This document shows positions 42,894 through 56,839 of a DNA stretch of 64,000 nucleotides, in pieces. Made by a program: the position numbers and the translations under genes. The stretch is from Octopus vulgaris (taxonomy: Eukaryota): the NCBI GenBank assembly GCA_951406725.2, contig OX597824.1:84258001-84322000 (forward strand). The letters are read 5' to 3'. Numbering within the stretch: the first letter of the stretch is position 1; each line of letters begins with the position of its first letter. Below the pieces are notes generated by a model, which saw only the letters and a list, made by a program, of their open reading frames with translations, was not told the origin of the DNA and searched no databases.

Positions 42894-42919
42894 ATAGCTG
42901 TCTCTTCATTTGTTTATTA

Positions 42920-43385
42920 CGCTTTTACTTGTTTCAGTCATTTGACTGTAGCCATGCTGGAGCACCGTGCTTAGTTGAGCAAATCAACCCCAGGACTTAT
43001 TCTTTGTAAGCCTAGTATTTATTCTATCGGTCTCTTTTGCAGAACCCCTAAGTTACAGGGACATAAACACACCAACATCGGTTGTCAAGCGATGTTGGGG
43101 GAGACAAACGCAGACACACAAATATATACACACACACACACACTGGTACCTCTTTAGCGTGTGGTATCTACGAATAGTAGTACCCTCAATATAATATAAA
43201 TATATATATATATAAAAATTCGACGGGCTTCTTTCAGTTTCCATCCACCAAATCCACTCACAAGGCTTTGGTCGGCCCAAGGCTATAGTAGAAGACACTT
43301 GCCCAAAGTGCCACACAGTGGGGCTGAACCCAGAACCATGTAGTTCGTAAGCAAGCTACTTACCACACAGCCATTCCTGCACCTA
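42920..43385 (-). mobile_element. SINE family A copy
   Basis: Reverse complement of family A. Confidence 0.85.
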
Positions 43386-43778
43386 TATTAGTTCATTTCT
43401 TTAACATCCATTTTCCATTTTCCTTCTGGTTTTGGTTAGACAGGGAGTTTTTTGAGGCAGGATTTTTATGACTTGATACTCTTCCTGTTGCCAACGCTTA
43501 CCTCTTTTGCAAGTAAAGCACCAGTTTATTCCAGTGGTCTCTGAGAGCACAAGACATTTATCCTTTATCTTATACTTGTTTCAGTCACTAGCCTACGGCC
43601 ATGCTGGAGCACAACCTAGAAGTTCTAGTCAACTGAATCGACCCCAATATTTGTTTCTTTTCTTTAGAAACGGTACTTATTCTATCAGTTACTTTTGACA
43701 AACTGCTAAGTTATGGGTGACATAAACACACCACCAGTTGTCAAGTAGTTATGGGGGGAGGCAAACACACACACACAC

Positions 43779-43809
<31 letters not shown>

Positions 43810-45054
43810 AGCCAGTGCTGCCAGACTAGCTCTCATGTAGGTAGCATGTAATAACACCTTTTGCGTATGGTCGTTGCCAGAAATGTTTGACTGGCCCTTG
43901 TGCTGGTGGCACATAAAAAGCAACCACTACACTCTTGGAGTGGTTGGTGTTAGGAAGGGCATCCAGATGCAGAAACTTTGCCAGACCTGATTGAGCCTGG
44001 TGCAGCTCTAGCTCACCAGTCCTCCGTCAAACCATCCAACCCATACCAGCATGGAAAGCGGATGTTAGATGATGATGATGATATATATATATATATATGA
44101 CATGCCTCTTTTAGTTTCTGTCTTCCAAATCCACTCACATGGCTTTGGTTGGCCCAAGGCTATAGTAGAAGACACTTGCTCAAGGTGCCACATGGTGGGA
44201 CTGAACCTGGAACCATGTGGTTGGAACACAAGCTTTTTACCACACAGCCATGCCTGCACCTTTGGTCATATTGTCAACAAGGAATTTCAACATTATCACC
44301 ATTTCATTCAAGCGGTAACAAGTGCAGAACATCAACATTCATGCATATTTGTGCATGCATGCACACACATACACACACATGTATGAGGGGCATGCTTAAA
44401 GGTTCCTGGCTTTAAAGATATTGCAAAGGGCCTGGTTGGACATACTTCAAGCATCAGTGAAGAGCTTTGAGATCAACCCCCAACATCTGGGAAATGCAAG
44501 ACCACTTGGCCTGGCAAATACAAGACCTAGGAAATACATGACCATCTTGTCTGACAAAGCTGCACCAATAAATGTGTCACATCATATGAACAGAATAGGG
44601 ACACAAAGAAAATGTAAACTACACTACTTGGTTTCAGTCCTTGCAGGTCACTAGTGACCAGCCTGTAGCAGAGCCTTCTGGACACTCATTGGACTGACTG
44701 GTTACAGCCAAACACACTGTATCCCATCTTCTTCTCTTGTGTAATGTTTTTGGTAATCAACAACAATGACAGATGAACTAATATCATAAAACATTAGATG
44801 CCATATCACATTAAAGTGGTTAAGATAATATTTATCTTAGGTGCAGGAAACCTTTTTCAAGAATCATAATCTTTTATCTTTTACTTGTTTCATTCATTGG
44901 ACTGTGGCCATGCTGGGGCACTGCCTTGAAGGGTTGAAACAAATCAACCTCATGCTTTGTCTACTCTGTGGTGCCATTGAGACAAGGCCATTAGCTCTAC
45001 TATCTGAAAGAGAAAAATAACAGGTGCCATGCTCTGCCTCACAACCGAGAAATA

Positions 45055-45311
45055 AATAAAATAAATACGCCCTTTTAAAGCCTAGCCAGGCTCATGGGCC
45101 CGGTTCCTGGTTTCTATGGTGTATGTGTTCCCCAGCTGGACGACACGCCAGTCCATCGCAGCGTTACTCATTTTTGCCAGCTGAGTGGACTGGAGCAACG
45201 TGAAATGAAGTGTTTTGCTCAAGAACACAATGTGTCGCCCAGTCCAGGAATCAAAACCACAATCTTACGATCAAGATACTGACACCCTAACCACTAAGCC
45301 ATGCACCTCCA
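45055..45311 (-). mobile_element. Related tRNA-derived SINE (second copy at ~37045-37301)
   Basis: tRNA-like head; TSD-like ctcacaac[c/t]gaga flanks. Confidence 0.75.
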
Positions 45312-46289
45312 CTCACAACTGAGAGTTGGTAGTTAAAAGGAGCATAATCCAGTTGTAAAAGCAATTCTTCCAAGACACCCACATACGCACACATGCACCC
45401 ATACTCACATGCACCCATACTCACACACACAGTTACACATGCACCCACAGCCACATACAGACAAACACATATATATACTCACATACATACACACTCACAC
45501 ACACACTCAGATAACCATTAACACACACACACACACACACACACACATATTCACTCACAAACATACACACACATTTGTTTTATTTTGAAAAGTTCATTTT
45601 CCCAATAAAATCATACCTATTTCTTTATTACCTACAAGGGGCTAAACATAGAGGGGACAAACAAGGACAGACATAGGTATTAAGTCGAATGCATCGACCC
45701 CAGTGCGGAACTGGTACTTAATTTATCGACCCCGAAAGGATGAAAGGCAAAGTCAACCTCGGCGGAATTTGAACTCACAACGTAACGACAGACGAAATAC
45801 CGCTAAGCATTTCATCCGGCGTGCTAACGTTTCTGCCAGCTCGCCGCCTATATAAAATCATACCAGTTGGTTATATTTACCTTGTTTTATTAATTACTAT
45901 TATTATTAATCAACTATTTAGCTAATTAATCAGTTAACTAATTGATTGCTTGACCAATCATTTGATCAATCAATTTGCTTGGTTTGGGAGAACCTTTCCG
46001 TCACCATTTCCAATTTCATCAGTGATGTGACCAAGATTGTTCTAGGTTTTTCACTGCCACAAATTTGATTGTCAACTAATCAATTAGTTAATTGGTTAAT
46101 ATTAATTAGTTAATTAATTAAGGCGGCGAGCTGGCAGAATTGTTCTCATGCTGGGTAAAACACTTGGCAGTATTTTATCGTTCTTTATGTTCGAATTCTG
46201 CTGAGGTTGACTTTACCTTTCATCCTTTTTTTGGGGTTGATAAAATAAGTACCAGTTGATTCCTGGGGGGAGGGGGTCAATGTAAATGA

Positions 46290-46648
46290 CTTAGTTAGTT
46301 AGTTAGTTAATTTGGCTCAAAAGCAAATAGCAAGGCCATGTAGGGGGACATGGAGTTAAGTACAGGGTGGTGTTCTAGGTTTTTCACTGCCACAAATTTG
46401 ATTGTCAACTAATCAATTAGTTAATTGGTTAATATTAATTAGTTAATTAATTAAGGCGGTGAGCTGGCAGAATTGTTCTCATGCTGGGTAAAACACTTGG
46501 CAGTATTTTATCGTTCTTTATGTAAAGAGTTCAGGCCACTTGAGGTCAAGGGAGGCTTTGAACAAAGCGGTCATCGGCATCTTCACTATCTCGTCTGGCA
46601 GCTTGTTCCACGGATCCGCAACCCGGACGGAGAAAGCTCCTCTCCTTC
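46290..46648 (-). mobile_element. CR1-group LINE 3' end with (ACTA)n tail, inserted in a SINE and interrupted by a local duplication
   Basis: RRGAFSVRVADPWNKLPDEIVKMPMTALFKASLDLKWPELFT* matches the CR1/L2 ORF2 C-terminus pattern. Confidence 0.8.
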
Positions 46649-46939
46649 TCCTCCCTTGAAGTTGCTGGCTTTGTGCCAAAATTTGAAACCAATATTAGTT
46701 AACTCATTGACTAATAATAATAATAATAGTTTTAAATTTCTGGCACAAGACCAGCAATTTCAGAAGGAGTAAGTTGATTAAATCAACCCCAGTGCTTAAC
46801 TGGTAGTTATTCCATTGACACCAAAAGGATGAAAAACAAAGTTGGCCTCGGCAGAATCTGAACTCAGAACATAGTGACAGGTAAAACGCTGGTAAGCATT
46901 TGCCCAATATGCTAACGATTCTGCCAGCTCAACGTCTTA

Positions 46940-46994
<55 letters not shown>

Positions 46995-47031
46995 TAACAA
47001 TAATAATAATAATAATGATGATGATGATGAT

Positions 47032-47402
47032 AATAAGAGCACTCAGAGAATGCAAACCTCACCAAGGCAACATCAATGTCCTCTTAGTGATTAGCCAGAG
47101 ATGGTTTTTACAATGAAAATATCTGAAATAAACTCGACTGCTCTCACAAACGGGAATATTAAAAATGAACCTAACCACTCTCAAAAACTGAGTAAAAAAA
47201 CACAGGAAAAGTAATCCAGAATCCTTGTCCAGTACCGGATCAATCCCAAAATCTAATCAGTTCATACCAGTCACAAGGCCAAACATCCCTGAAAGTTTCA
47301 TCTGAATCCATCCAGTTGTTCTTGAGATATCTTGTCCATGGACAAACAAACAAACAAGCACAACTGAAAACAATACCTCTGTGTTTGTTAAGGCAGAGAT
47401 AA
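47032..47402. mobile_element. Helentron-associated HINE/DINE-1-like element
   Basis: aagagcactcagagaatgcaaacctcaccaaggc start, (acaa)n near the other end, terminal stem-loop tacctctg..cagagata; set in (TAA)n. Family architecture recognised from memory. Confidence 0.6.
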
Positions 47403-47565
47403 TAATAGTAGTAATTGTTGTAAATTTTGGTACAATGCCTGTAATCTTAGTGGGAGGGGTACCAGTGCTCAACTGGTACTTATTTTATCAACCTTGAAAG
47501 ATGAAAGGCACAGTCAACTTCAGTGAAAATTGAATATAGAACATAAAATGCTGGAAGATACACTG

Positions 47566-47865
47566 CTAAGACATTTCAATTTAAGAGGGAATTTAATAAA
47601 AATGATTTTAAAAATTATATAAAGAAAATGTTACCAGTTTTGATGTGTCTCATCTTATCAAATATCAATAAAAATTTATAAAAATTTGAAGTAAAAACAG
47701 TTTATCTTCTGTCTGGTGGGTTCAAGAACAGACAAGATAAACTTTATTTACTTCAAATTTTTATAAATTTTTACTGATATTTGATAAGATGAGATACATC
47801 GAAACCTTTAATATTTTCTTTATATAATTTGTTATTAAATTCCCTCTTGAATCGAAATGTCTTAG
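47566..47865. mobile_element. Diverged fold-back element with a variant hammerhead core (TTGATAA...GAAA) in each arm
   Basis: ~140-bp imperfect arms. Right arm 47777-47814 reads ATAT-TTGATAA-GATG agata CATC-GAAA-CCTT-TA-ATAT. Confidence 0.6.
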
Positions 47866-48589
47866 ACTTACTTCTGTGTTACTTCCGTCTCCATCTTTTA
47901 TATATAAAAATTTGTTTTGTATAGACCTCTAACCTTTTTTCTGCATCATCATCATCATCATCATCGTTTAACGTCCGTTCTCCATGCTAGCATGGGTTGG
48001 ACGGTTCGACCGGGGATCTGGGAAGCCCGAAGGCTGCACCAGGCTCCGGTCTTATCTGGCAATGTTTCTACAGCTGGATGCCCTTCCTAATGCCAACCAC
48101 TCCGTGAGTGTAGTGGGTGCTTTTTACGTGCCACCTGCACTGGAGCCAGGCGAGGCTGGCATCGGCCACGGTCAGATTGGTGCATTTTACATGCCACCTG
48201 CATGGAAGCCAGTCGAGGCGGCACTGGCTTCGGCCACGATTCGGATGGTGCTTTTTACGTGCCACATATATATATATAATTAAATAAGGGTAGAAATTGA
48301 TATTAACCAATTAAAACCAGAGGCCTAGCATATTTTAAAAAAATCTGAAGATTAAAAATTGTTTTACATACAAAATTTAGAGGACTGACCACTAAATTAA
48401 TAATATTTATATGTAAATATTAACAAGTGAAACTTTTTATTTCGTATATTTTCACTTGCCTTGCTTATTTTTACACTGGTTTTTTGCTGAATTTTTTTCT
48501 TGAGACCACATTCTGCGTGGGAAATGGCGATTTTGACGTCTATATCTAGCATATAGGCTGTCCTTTTTTTTTTTTTTTAGTGGTCAGTA

Positions 48590-48641
<52 letters not shown>

Positions 48642-48644
48642 ATA

Positions 48645-48849
48645 CAAAGGGGTGCTGAAAAGTTCCTGGCTCTAAGGGTATTGCGAAAGGCCCAGCCTTC
48701 TGAGTCCTTTTACAAGGCTTAGAAAAACTGAAGAACTACTGGAATAAGTGTGTGAATTTGAGGGGAGAATATGTTGAATAAAATAATAATTAACTGGTCC
48801 TCCTGTATTTTCTTTTACTCAAAGCCAGGGACTTTTCAGCATCCCCTCG
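48645..48849 (+). mobile_element. mariner-derived MITE
   Basis: TIRs ggggtgctgaaaagttcctggct / agccagggacttttcagcatcccctcg. Internal GLEKLKNYWNKCVNLRGEYVE* is a mariner transposase C-terminus. Partial copies at ~41983-42010 and ~44384-44440. Confidence 0.85.
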
Positions 48850-48877
48850 TGTGTGTGTGTGTGTTTCATCGTGTGTG

Positions 48878-48970
<93 letters not shown>

Positions 48971-49289
48971 TTGGTCATATACCATCTTAGGCAAAAGCCA
49001 AAAGCAGCTCTGAAAATAGTTATTGAATCATTGAACATCTTATACTTGCAAATGCATAAAAATGTAAATACAAAAAGAAAAACAAAACCATATTTTTCGT
49101 TTAAATGCTAATTATTAAATTTTTCATGTTCGTTTACCAATTTTTGATTTCTCAGATGAATTTCTCAGGCATTTATAGAATTTCGAATTTGTCTTGATTT
49201 CCCTCTGGGTATGGATGTGTTTCATCTGGCCCTTTTTCTTTTCTCGCTCTGCAGCAAAATATCACAGTTAAGATCAAATGCAACAAGGT

Positions 49290-49324
<35 letters not shown>

Positions 49325-50809
49325 TTTTACACTTTTTTTTTTTTTTTACACTTTTAACATTTTATTATGTAGTTTAACACATTTGATACCAAACCACTTA
49401 AAGCCACTTCTGGTTTTATAATACAAATCTCTAATTTTTGAAGTGTTCATATTTAACCTATTAAAATTTAACCCTCTATTTTAATCTTATCCTGAAATTG
49501 GAATGGAATGTCCTGTAGAGCTTCTACAGAAAATTTGCCTCTTAGGGACAGGGAAAAAAATTCAAGAGGGTTCTAAGCACTTGAAAGATTATTGACATCT
49601 AGTGGCTGTGTGGTAAGTAGCTTACTTACCAACCACATGGTTCCGGGTTCAGTCCCAATGCATGGCACCTTGGGCAAGTGTCAAGTCTTCTTAATATCAA
49701 TATTGAAGCATATGAGAGGGTGCTGAAAAGTTCCTGGCTTTAAGGGTATCATGAAGTGCCTGGTTGGAGACCCAGCCTTCCAAGTTCATTTATAGGACTG
49801 CTGCAAAAGTGTTTCAATCTGAGAGGGGGACAGTGTGGTAAGTAGCTTGTTAACCAACCACATGGTTCCGGGTTCAGTCCCACTGCGTGGCATCTTGGGC
49901 AAGTGTCTTCTGCTATAGCCTCGGACCGACCAAAGCCTTGTGAGTGGATTTGGTAGATGGAAACTGAAAGAAGCCCGTCGTATATATGTATATATATATC
50001 TCTTATTATAAAAGGCAGATTTTATCTGCCTCCCTTTGTCAGTTATAGAAATCTACAATATAGGATTTCTTCAATTACAATTTACTTAGCATTTTTAAGA
50101 GTAGAATGCATCGGGTTTTGCCAGGTCCACTTTTTAAAATTTAAACTCCAATTAAGCAAAATTTACAGAAAACTCACATTCTGGTGTGTATGTCAAATGC
50201 TTTTCTTAATGTGTTTTACACCACACGCACACGCACACACACAGTGTGCAAGGAATAAAATGAAAGTAATTCACTTTTTGTAGTGAATGACTCTTTCAGT
50301 CTGCCACTTCCTCTTTACACACATAGACACGCAAATATATAAATAAAATTGTAAGCTAACGTGCGTGTGTGTGAGTGTGTGTGTGCGTGTGTGTGTGTGT
50401 GAGGGTGCGTGTGTGTGTGTGTGTGTGTGTGTGCGTGCGTGTGCGTGAGTGTGTGACAGGAAAGTATTTTAGGACGAATATAAGACCTATATCGGCGATG
50501 TTTCGCTTGTCGTAGCACAGGTTTCCGTCGATTTCCGTAAAAAACTTATTTTTTTACATAAGTAATGAGAGCGAAAGAGACTAAGAGAAAGCGATTGTAT
50601 GACGAGGGAAGTTCTTTTGAAGTTACCGTGCATGGGACACATTGATGTACATGTGTGTGTGTGTGTGTGTTTGATGGAGTGTGGGAGACAGACAGTATGT
50701 TGTGTAAGTGAAGTGCTTCTGTTAGTGTGTGTGAAGAGACAGAGTAATGTGTGAAAGAGAGAGATAACTGAAATTTTTTACTCGGTTTATGTGTATATGT
50801 ATGTATGCA

Positions 50810-50871
<62 letters not shown>

Positions 50872-50957
50872 GCCGATTCAGTGTTTACATTTTTTACGGA
50901 AATCGACGGAAACATGTGCTATGACAAGTGAAACATCGCCCCTATATCCAAGTAGCA

Positions 50958-51430
50958 GAAAGATCGCCCAAAAGTGTATATAGATATTTAAATGTATTTA
51001 TATATTCATCTATACACAGATGTATGTATAATGTGTGTGTATATATTTCCATACACGTAACCATTCACTCCGCACAAAGTTTTTTAGGACGAAAATAAGA
51101 TCTAAAGTTATCTCTATGTAGCACAGAGATCGCCCAAAAGTGTATATAGATATATAAATGTATTTATATATTCATCTATGCACACATGTATGTATAATGT
51201 GTGTGTATATATTTCCATAGAGGTAACCATTCACTCCATACAAAGTTTTTTAGCACGAAAATAAGATCTAAAGTTATCTCTAAGAAACAGAAAGATCGCC
51301 CAAAAGTGTATATAGATATTTAAATGTATTTATATATTCATCTATACACACATGTATGTATAATGTGCGTGTATATATTTCCATAGAGGTAACCATTCAA
51401 TCCATACAAAGTTTTTTAGGACGAAAATAT
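50958..51430. repeat. 166-bp tandem repeat (~2.8 copies) inside the Helitron
   Basis: agatcgcccaaaagtgtatatagat recurs at 50961, 51127 and 51293. Confidence 0.9.
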
Positions 51431-51676
51431 TTATATATAAAAGAAAGGTTGTGTGTCTGTCTACTCCGATTTAGATTCCTAACTACTCCCACATTTTGCG
51501 ATGCAGTTTAACCAAAACCGGGTATCTTATAGTCGTGATTCATATCGAGCCCTTCTGGGTATTAGCGCGCGTCTATGATGAGTCTATGATTTTACAAATA
51601 ATTTACCATCATTTTTTTCCATTTTAATGCATATTTTTTTAAATAAACGGAAGTAACTCTCAAACTTCACACCAAT

Positions 51677-52198
51677 ATGCGTGCTCATATGCGACGTAAT
51701 ATCACATCAGCAGCATTTCCTTACACCCTCCTTGCACTTGGCGAAGGCAAAATACCAGGGGATGAAAATGGTAATATTGCCATCGATTCCATTTGTACCA
51801 TTGTTAAGACGCCTTCTGATCTCAGAGATGCAGTATTCCCAGATCTACAAGCTAATTATCAGAATATGGATTGGATTGGCAAAAAGGCTATACTGGCCCC
51901 GAGGAATAAAACTGTTCACCATATTAATGATGAAATGCTAAAACTCATTCCTGGGGAAGTCTATGTATATCAGTCTATCGATACAACTCCTGACCCAGAG
52001 GACGTCATCAACTATCCAATAGAGGTACTCAATTCCTTTGAGCACCCCGGACTACCACCACACTTTCTCAAACTTAAAGTTGGTGCCCCTATAATGCTCA
52101 TCAGAAATTTGGTTCCCCCAAAACAATGCAATGGCACACGTTTGATCGTTAAGTCCTTATCTCCCACCGTAAGCTTATATCAATATTTGCCTGAATAA
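51677..52198 (+). pseudogene. Helitron RepHel Pif1-family helicase fragment
   Basis: AILAPRN, Y.SID, LNS..PGLPPH.LKLKVGAPIMLIRNL...CNGTRLIV motifs. Both ends of the domain are missing. Confidence 0.92.
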
Positions 52199-52814
52199 TC
52201 ATCATAATTCAGTGCAATCATTAACAGTACTTTCAAGCAATTCAGCCCCGAGCAACGCCGGGCAATTCTGCTAGTGTATATATATATACGTATATATATA
52301 TGCGTTTGTGTGTCTGTGTTTGTTCCCTTAGCATTGCTTGACAACCGATGCTGGTGTGTTTATGTCCCCATTACTTAGCGGCTCGGCAAAAGAGACTGAT
52401 AGAATAAGTACTGGGCTTACAAAAGAATAAGTCGATTAAAGGTGGTGCTCCAGAATGGCCGCAGTCAAATGACTGAAACAAGTAAAAGAGTAAAAGAGTA
52501 AAAAAGAGTAACTAATCCTCCTGAATTTTTTTTTTCATTCAAAGCCAGGAATTTTTCAGCATCCCCTTGCAGATTCAGTCCATTTTGCCATGTAGGAAAC
52601 TGAATTTTAGGATTTTTATATCTCTTCAGAAAAACAGTAAAGAATTAACCAGGTATCTTTAAAAAAGTGACCAAACGATTTAGATACACTGGTGTGATGA
52701 AGAAGAAAGAATGGAGAAAAGCATCTCGGTTCTGCCAAAATTGCCTGTAAAATTCTTTCTGTGCCTGCTATGTCAGTGCAATCAGAGAGAATTCTTTAGG
52801 CAATTCTCTCTTTT

Positions 52815-53212
52815 CTCTTTTACTTGTTTCAGTAATTTGACTGCGGCCATGCTGGAGCACCGCTTTTAGTCGAGCAAATCAACCCCAGGTCTTATTCTTT
52901 GTAAGACTAGTACTTATTCTATTGGTGTCTTTTGCCGAACTGCTAAGTTACAGGGGCGTAAACACACAGCATCGGTTGTCAAGCGATGTTGGGGGACAAA
53001 CATAGACACAGAAACATATACACACACATACATATGTATATACATATATACGACAGGCTTCTTTCAGTTTCTGTCTACCAAATCCACTCACAAGGCTTTG
53101 GTCAGCCCGAGGCTATAGTAGAGACACTTGCCCAAGGTGCCACGCAGTGGGACTGAACCCAGAACCATGTGGCTGGTAAGCAAGCTACTTACCACACAGC
53201 CACTCCTATGCC
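52815..53212 (-). mobile_element. SINE family A copy
   Basis: Reverse complement of family A. Confidence 0.85.
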
Positions 53213-53506
53213 TAGTATTTTTCATGAATAAGAATCACAATTAATTTTCACATGATATTATAGATAATATTGTTTTTCTCAATAAAAATAACCTTAATGA
53301 ACCAAGCAAATTGTGTGGTTAAAAAGCCAGCTTTGCAACTGCATGGTTTCAGGTTCAGTCCCACTATGTGGCACCTTGGGTGAGTGTCTTCTGTTACAGC
53401 CAGCCCTGAGTCAACCAATGCCTCCTGAGTGGATTCGCTTGACAGAGACTGTATGGCCATTAGTCGTGAATGTGTGTGTGTGCCTGTGTGTGTCTATGTG
53501 TGTGTG

Positions 53507-53544
<38 letters not shown>

Positions 53545-53869
53545 TGTGTTTGCTCCCTCTTCCCATCACCGCTTGACAACCAATGTTGATACATAACAGT
53601 GGTGGCAGCAGTGGCAGAGGTGACTGAGGTTGTGTTGGTGGGTATGTCTGTGTGTGTGTGTGTATGTGTGTTTTTATGTGCATATACATGTATGTATGTG
53701 CTTATATATATGTGTGTGGATTTAGTTGACAGAGATTGTATGGGTGTTAGTCATGGATAGTTGTGTGTGTGTGTGTATTTACTCCTCCTCCTCCCCCACT
53801 GCTTCACAGCCATTGTTGATATGTAACAGTGGTGGTGGCAGCAGCAGAGGTGGTTCAGATTATGTTGGT

Positions 53870-54340
<471 letters not shown>

Positions 54341-55469
54341 AATCATACATTAATGAAAAAGTGTTGAGAATTACTATACTTCATTTTCCATTTTCTGTGA
54401 CAGTTCATTATCAAATGCCATTTTGTCGATATGCGCATTGTTATACCAATTGCATTAGCACAAGTACACATTCCAATGGTTTTGTAATCTTTTTGACCAT
54501 TTTGTGTTGAAGAACCTTAAGATATACAAAGTCATTATCAAGCTTAATGGCACCATTACATTTTTTCTTTGCTTTTTATTTACATTTAGTGTATTGTATT
54601 AATTTCAGAGATGTACTTGCCTAATAAATTGATTTGATCTGAGACTCTGTGTTGAGACTAAAACGATTGCAATGTGGATGACACATAATAACCATTAAAG
54701 AACTCTTTTACCCTTTTACTCTGTTACTCGTTTCAGTCATTTGACTGCGGCCATGCTGGAGCACCGCCTTAATTCGAGCAAATCGACCCCAGGACTTATT
54801 CTTTGTAAGCCTAGTACTTATTCTATCGGTCTCTTTTGCCGAACTGCTAAGTTACGGGGATGCAAACACACCAGCATCAGTTGTCAAGCAATGTTGGGGG
54901 GACAAGCACACACACACACACACACATCATCATCATCATCATTTAGCGTCCGTTTTCCATGCTATATGCATGGGCTTGGACGGTTCAACTGGGGTCTGTG
55001 AAGCCGGAAGGCTGCATCAGGCCCAGTCAGATCTAGCAGTGTTTCTACGGCTGGATGCCCTTCCTATCGCCAACCACTCCATGAGTGTAGTGGGTGCTTT
55101 TTACACACATATATATATATATACATATACATATATATGATGGGCTTCTTTCAGTTTCCGTCTACCAAATCCACTCACGAGGCTTTGATCGGCCCGAGGC
55201 TATAGTAGAAGACACTTGCCCAAGGTGCCACACAGTGGGACTGAACCTAGAACCATGTGGTTGGTAAGCAAGCTACTTACCATACAACCACAGTTTAAAT
55301 ATTTATTATTTGGTGTCTAAATTTTTGTCATCTCTGACCCTGAGCTATGATGGAACTGTATCAGTGATCAGATTGTAATTGGAGTGCAAATATCTAACAC
55401 TGGTTCAGCGAAACTAATTTTTAGTCATAGTCCTGTATGTTATTCCGAATGGCCGTTCTCTCTCTTCCT

Positions 55470-55861
55470 AGTGGAGGCGCAATGGCCCAGTGGTTAGGGC
55501 AGCGGACTCGCGGTCATAGGATCGCGGTTTCGATTCCCAGACTGGGCGTTGTGAGTGTTTATTGAGCAAAAACACCTAAAAAGTTCCACGAGGCTCCGGC
55601 AGGGGATGGTGGTGATCCCTGCTGTACTCTTTCACCACAACTTTCTCTCACTCTTACTTCCTGTTTCTGTTGTACCTGTATTTCAAAGGGCCGGCCTTGT
55701 CACTCTCTGTGTCACGCTGAATATCCCCGAGAACTACGTTAAGGGTACACGTGTCTGTGGAGTGCTCAGCCACTTACACGTTAATTTCACGAGCAGGCTG
55801 TTCCGTTGATTCGGATCAACCGGAACCCTCATCGTCGTAACCGACGGAGTCCTTCCATCCA
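55470..55861 (+). mobile_element. SINE family B (tRNA-Arg-like head; resembles octopus OR-type SINEs)
   Basis: A box TGGCCCAGTGG, gacTCGcggtc anticodon-like arm, B box GGTTTCGATTCC. 13-bp TSD tctctctcttcct at 55457-55469 and 55862-55874. Confidence 0.88.
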
Positions 55862-56516
55862 TCTCTCTCTTCCTCTTCCTGTCGAATGTGCATTCTCTTT
55901 ATATCAACATTATTTGCATAACACTGTTAATATATGAATGCGAAAGGGATAATTGAATAACTGTAAACCTACTTTCGGGCCACCCTATATTATACATATG
56001 ATGCAGGCTTGGCTGTGTGGTTAAGAAGTGTGTTTTCCAACCACATGGTTCCAGGTTCAGTCCCTCTGCATGGCACTTTGGGTAGGTGTCTTCTACTATA
56101 ATCCTAGGTCAACCAAAGTCTTAAGCCTTGTGGATGGGTTTAGTAGATGGAAACTGAAAGAAATTTGTCATGTGTGCATGTGCGTATGTGCAATTGCATG
56201 TGTGCATGTGCATTTGTATGTATATGTGTGCACGTGTGGGTAGGTGTTTGTGTCACCTTATCTTAACACTACATAATAGTTGTAAATGATTATCACTGTC
56301 ATACAAGCAGTGTTGTTCATTTTCAATATTCTGTGAAAACATGTCTGGCCATGGAGAAGTATTACCTCACTTGAAAACTGGTGATGGTTGTCGAAAGGAA
56401 GGGCAGCTGGCTGTAGAAAATCTGGCCCTATAAACTCCATCTGACCCATACAAATATGGCATGGTAAAGTGGCTGCTAAAGTGATGATGATATAGATGTG
56501 TGTGTGTGAATGTATT

Positions 56517-56576
<60 letters not shown>

Positions 56577-56770
56577 AAAAAGGAGATGTGGAACACGAGT
56601 TGTGATATATAAAAAAAGGAAATGAAGAAAATGCTGACAAAATAATTTAAGTAAGGGAGAGTGTATTTAATTAGGTGAAAGTTCTTTTTACCGGTTGCGC
56701 ATTTGTTATGCTTATCAAAAGATATATTTTTTAAAGAGAGATAGAGTTCCTTTCTGATAGATTTTTTTCT

Positions 56771-56839
<69 letters not shown>

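Larger units (their letters stand above)
49999..52274 (+). mobile_element. Composite Helitron with 166-bp tandem repeat, internal second 5' end and Pif1 helicase fragment
   Basis: A|TCTCTTATTATAAAAG start; CCCGAGCAACGCCGGG hairpin + CTAG|T end. 51428-51660 is homologous to the 5' part of 31879-32279. Confidence 0.85.
49713..52569 (+). mobile_element. mariner MITE split by a SINE that is itself split by the Helitron
   Basis: Left half 49713-49830 and right half ~52510-52569 match 48645-48849. Confidence 0.8.

Noticed and set aside
51677-52198. Host PIF1 gene
   Set aside because: Partial domain enclosed by Helitron termini.
55471-55548. Possible tRNA-Arg gene
   Set aside because: Continues into a SINE body with a TSD and has many dispersed copies; the acceptor stem is not well formed.
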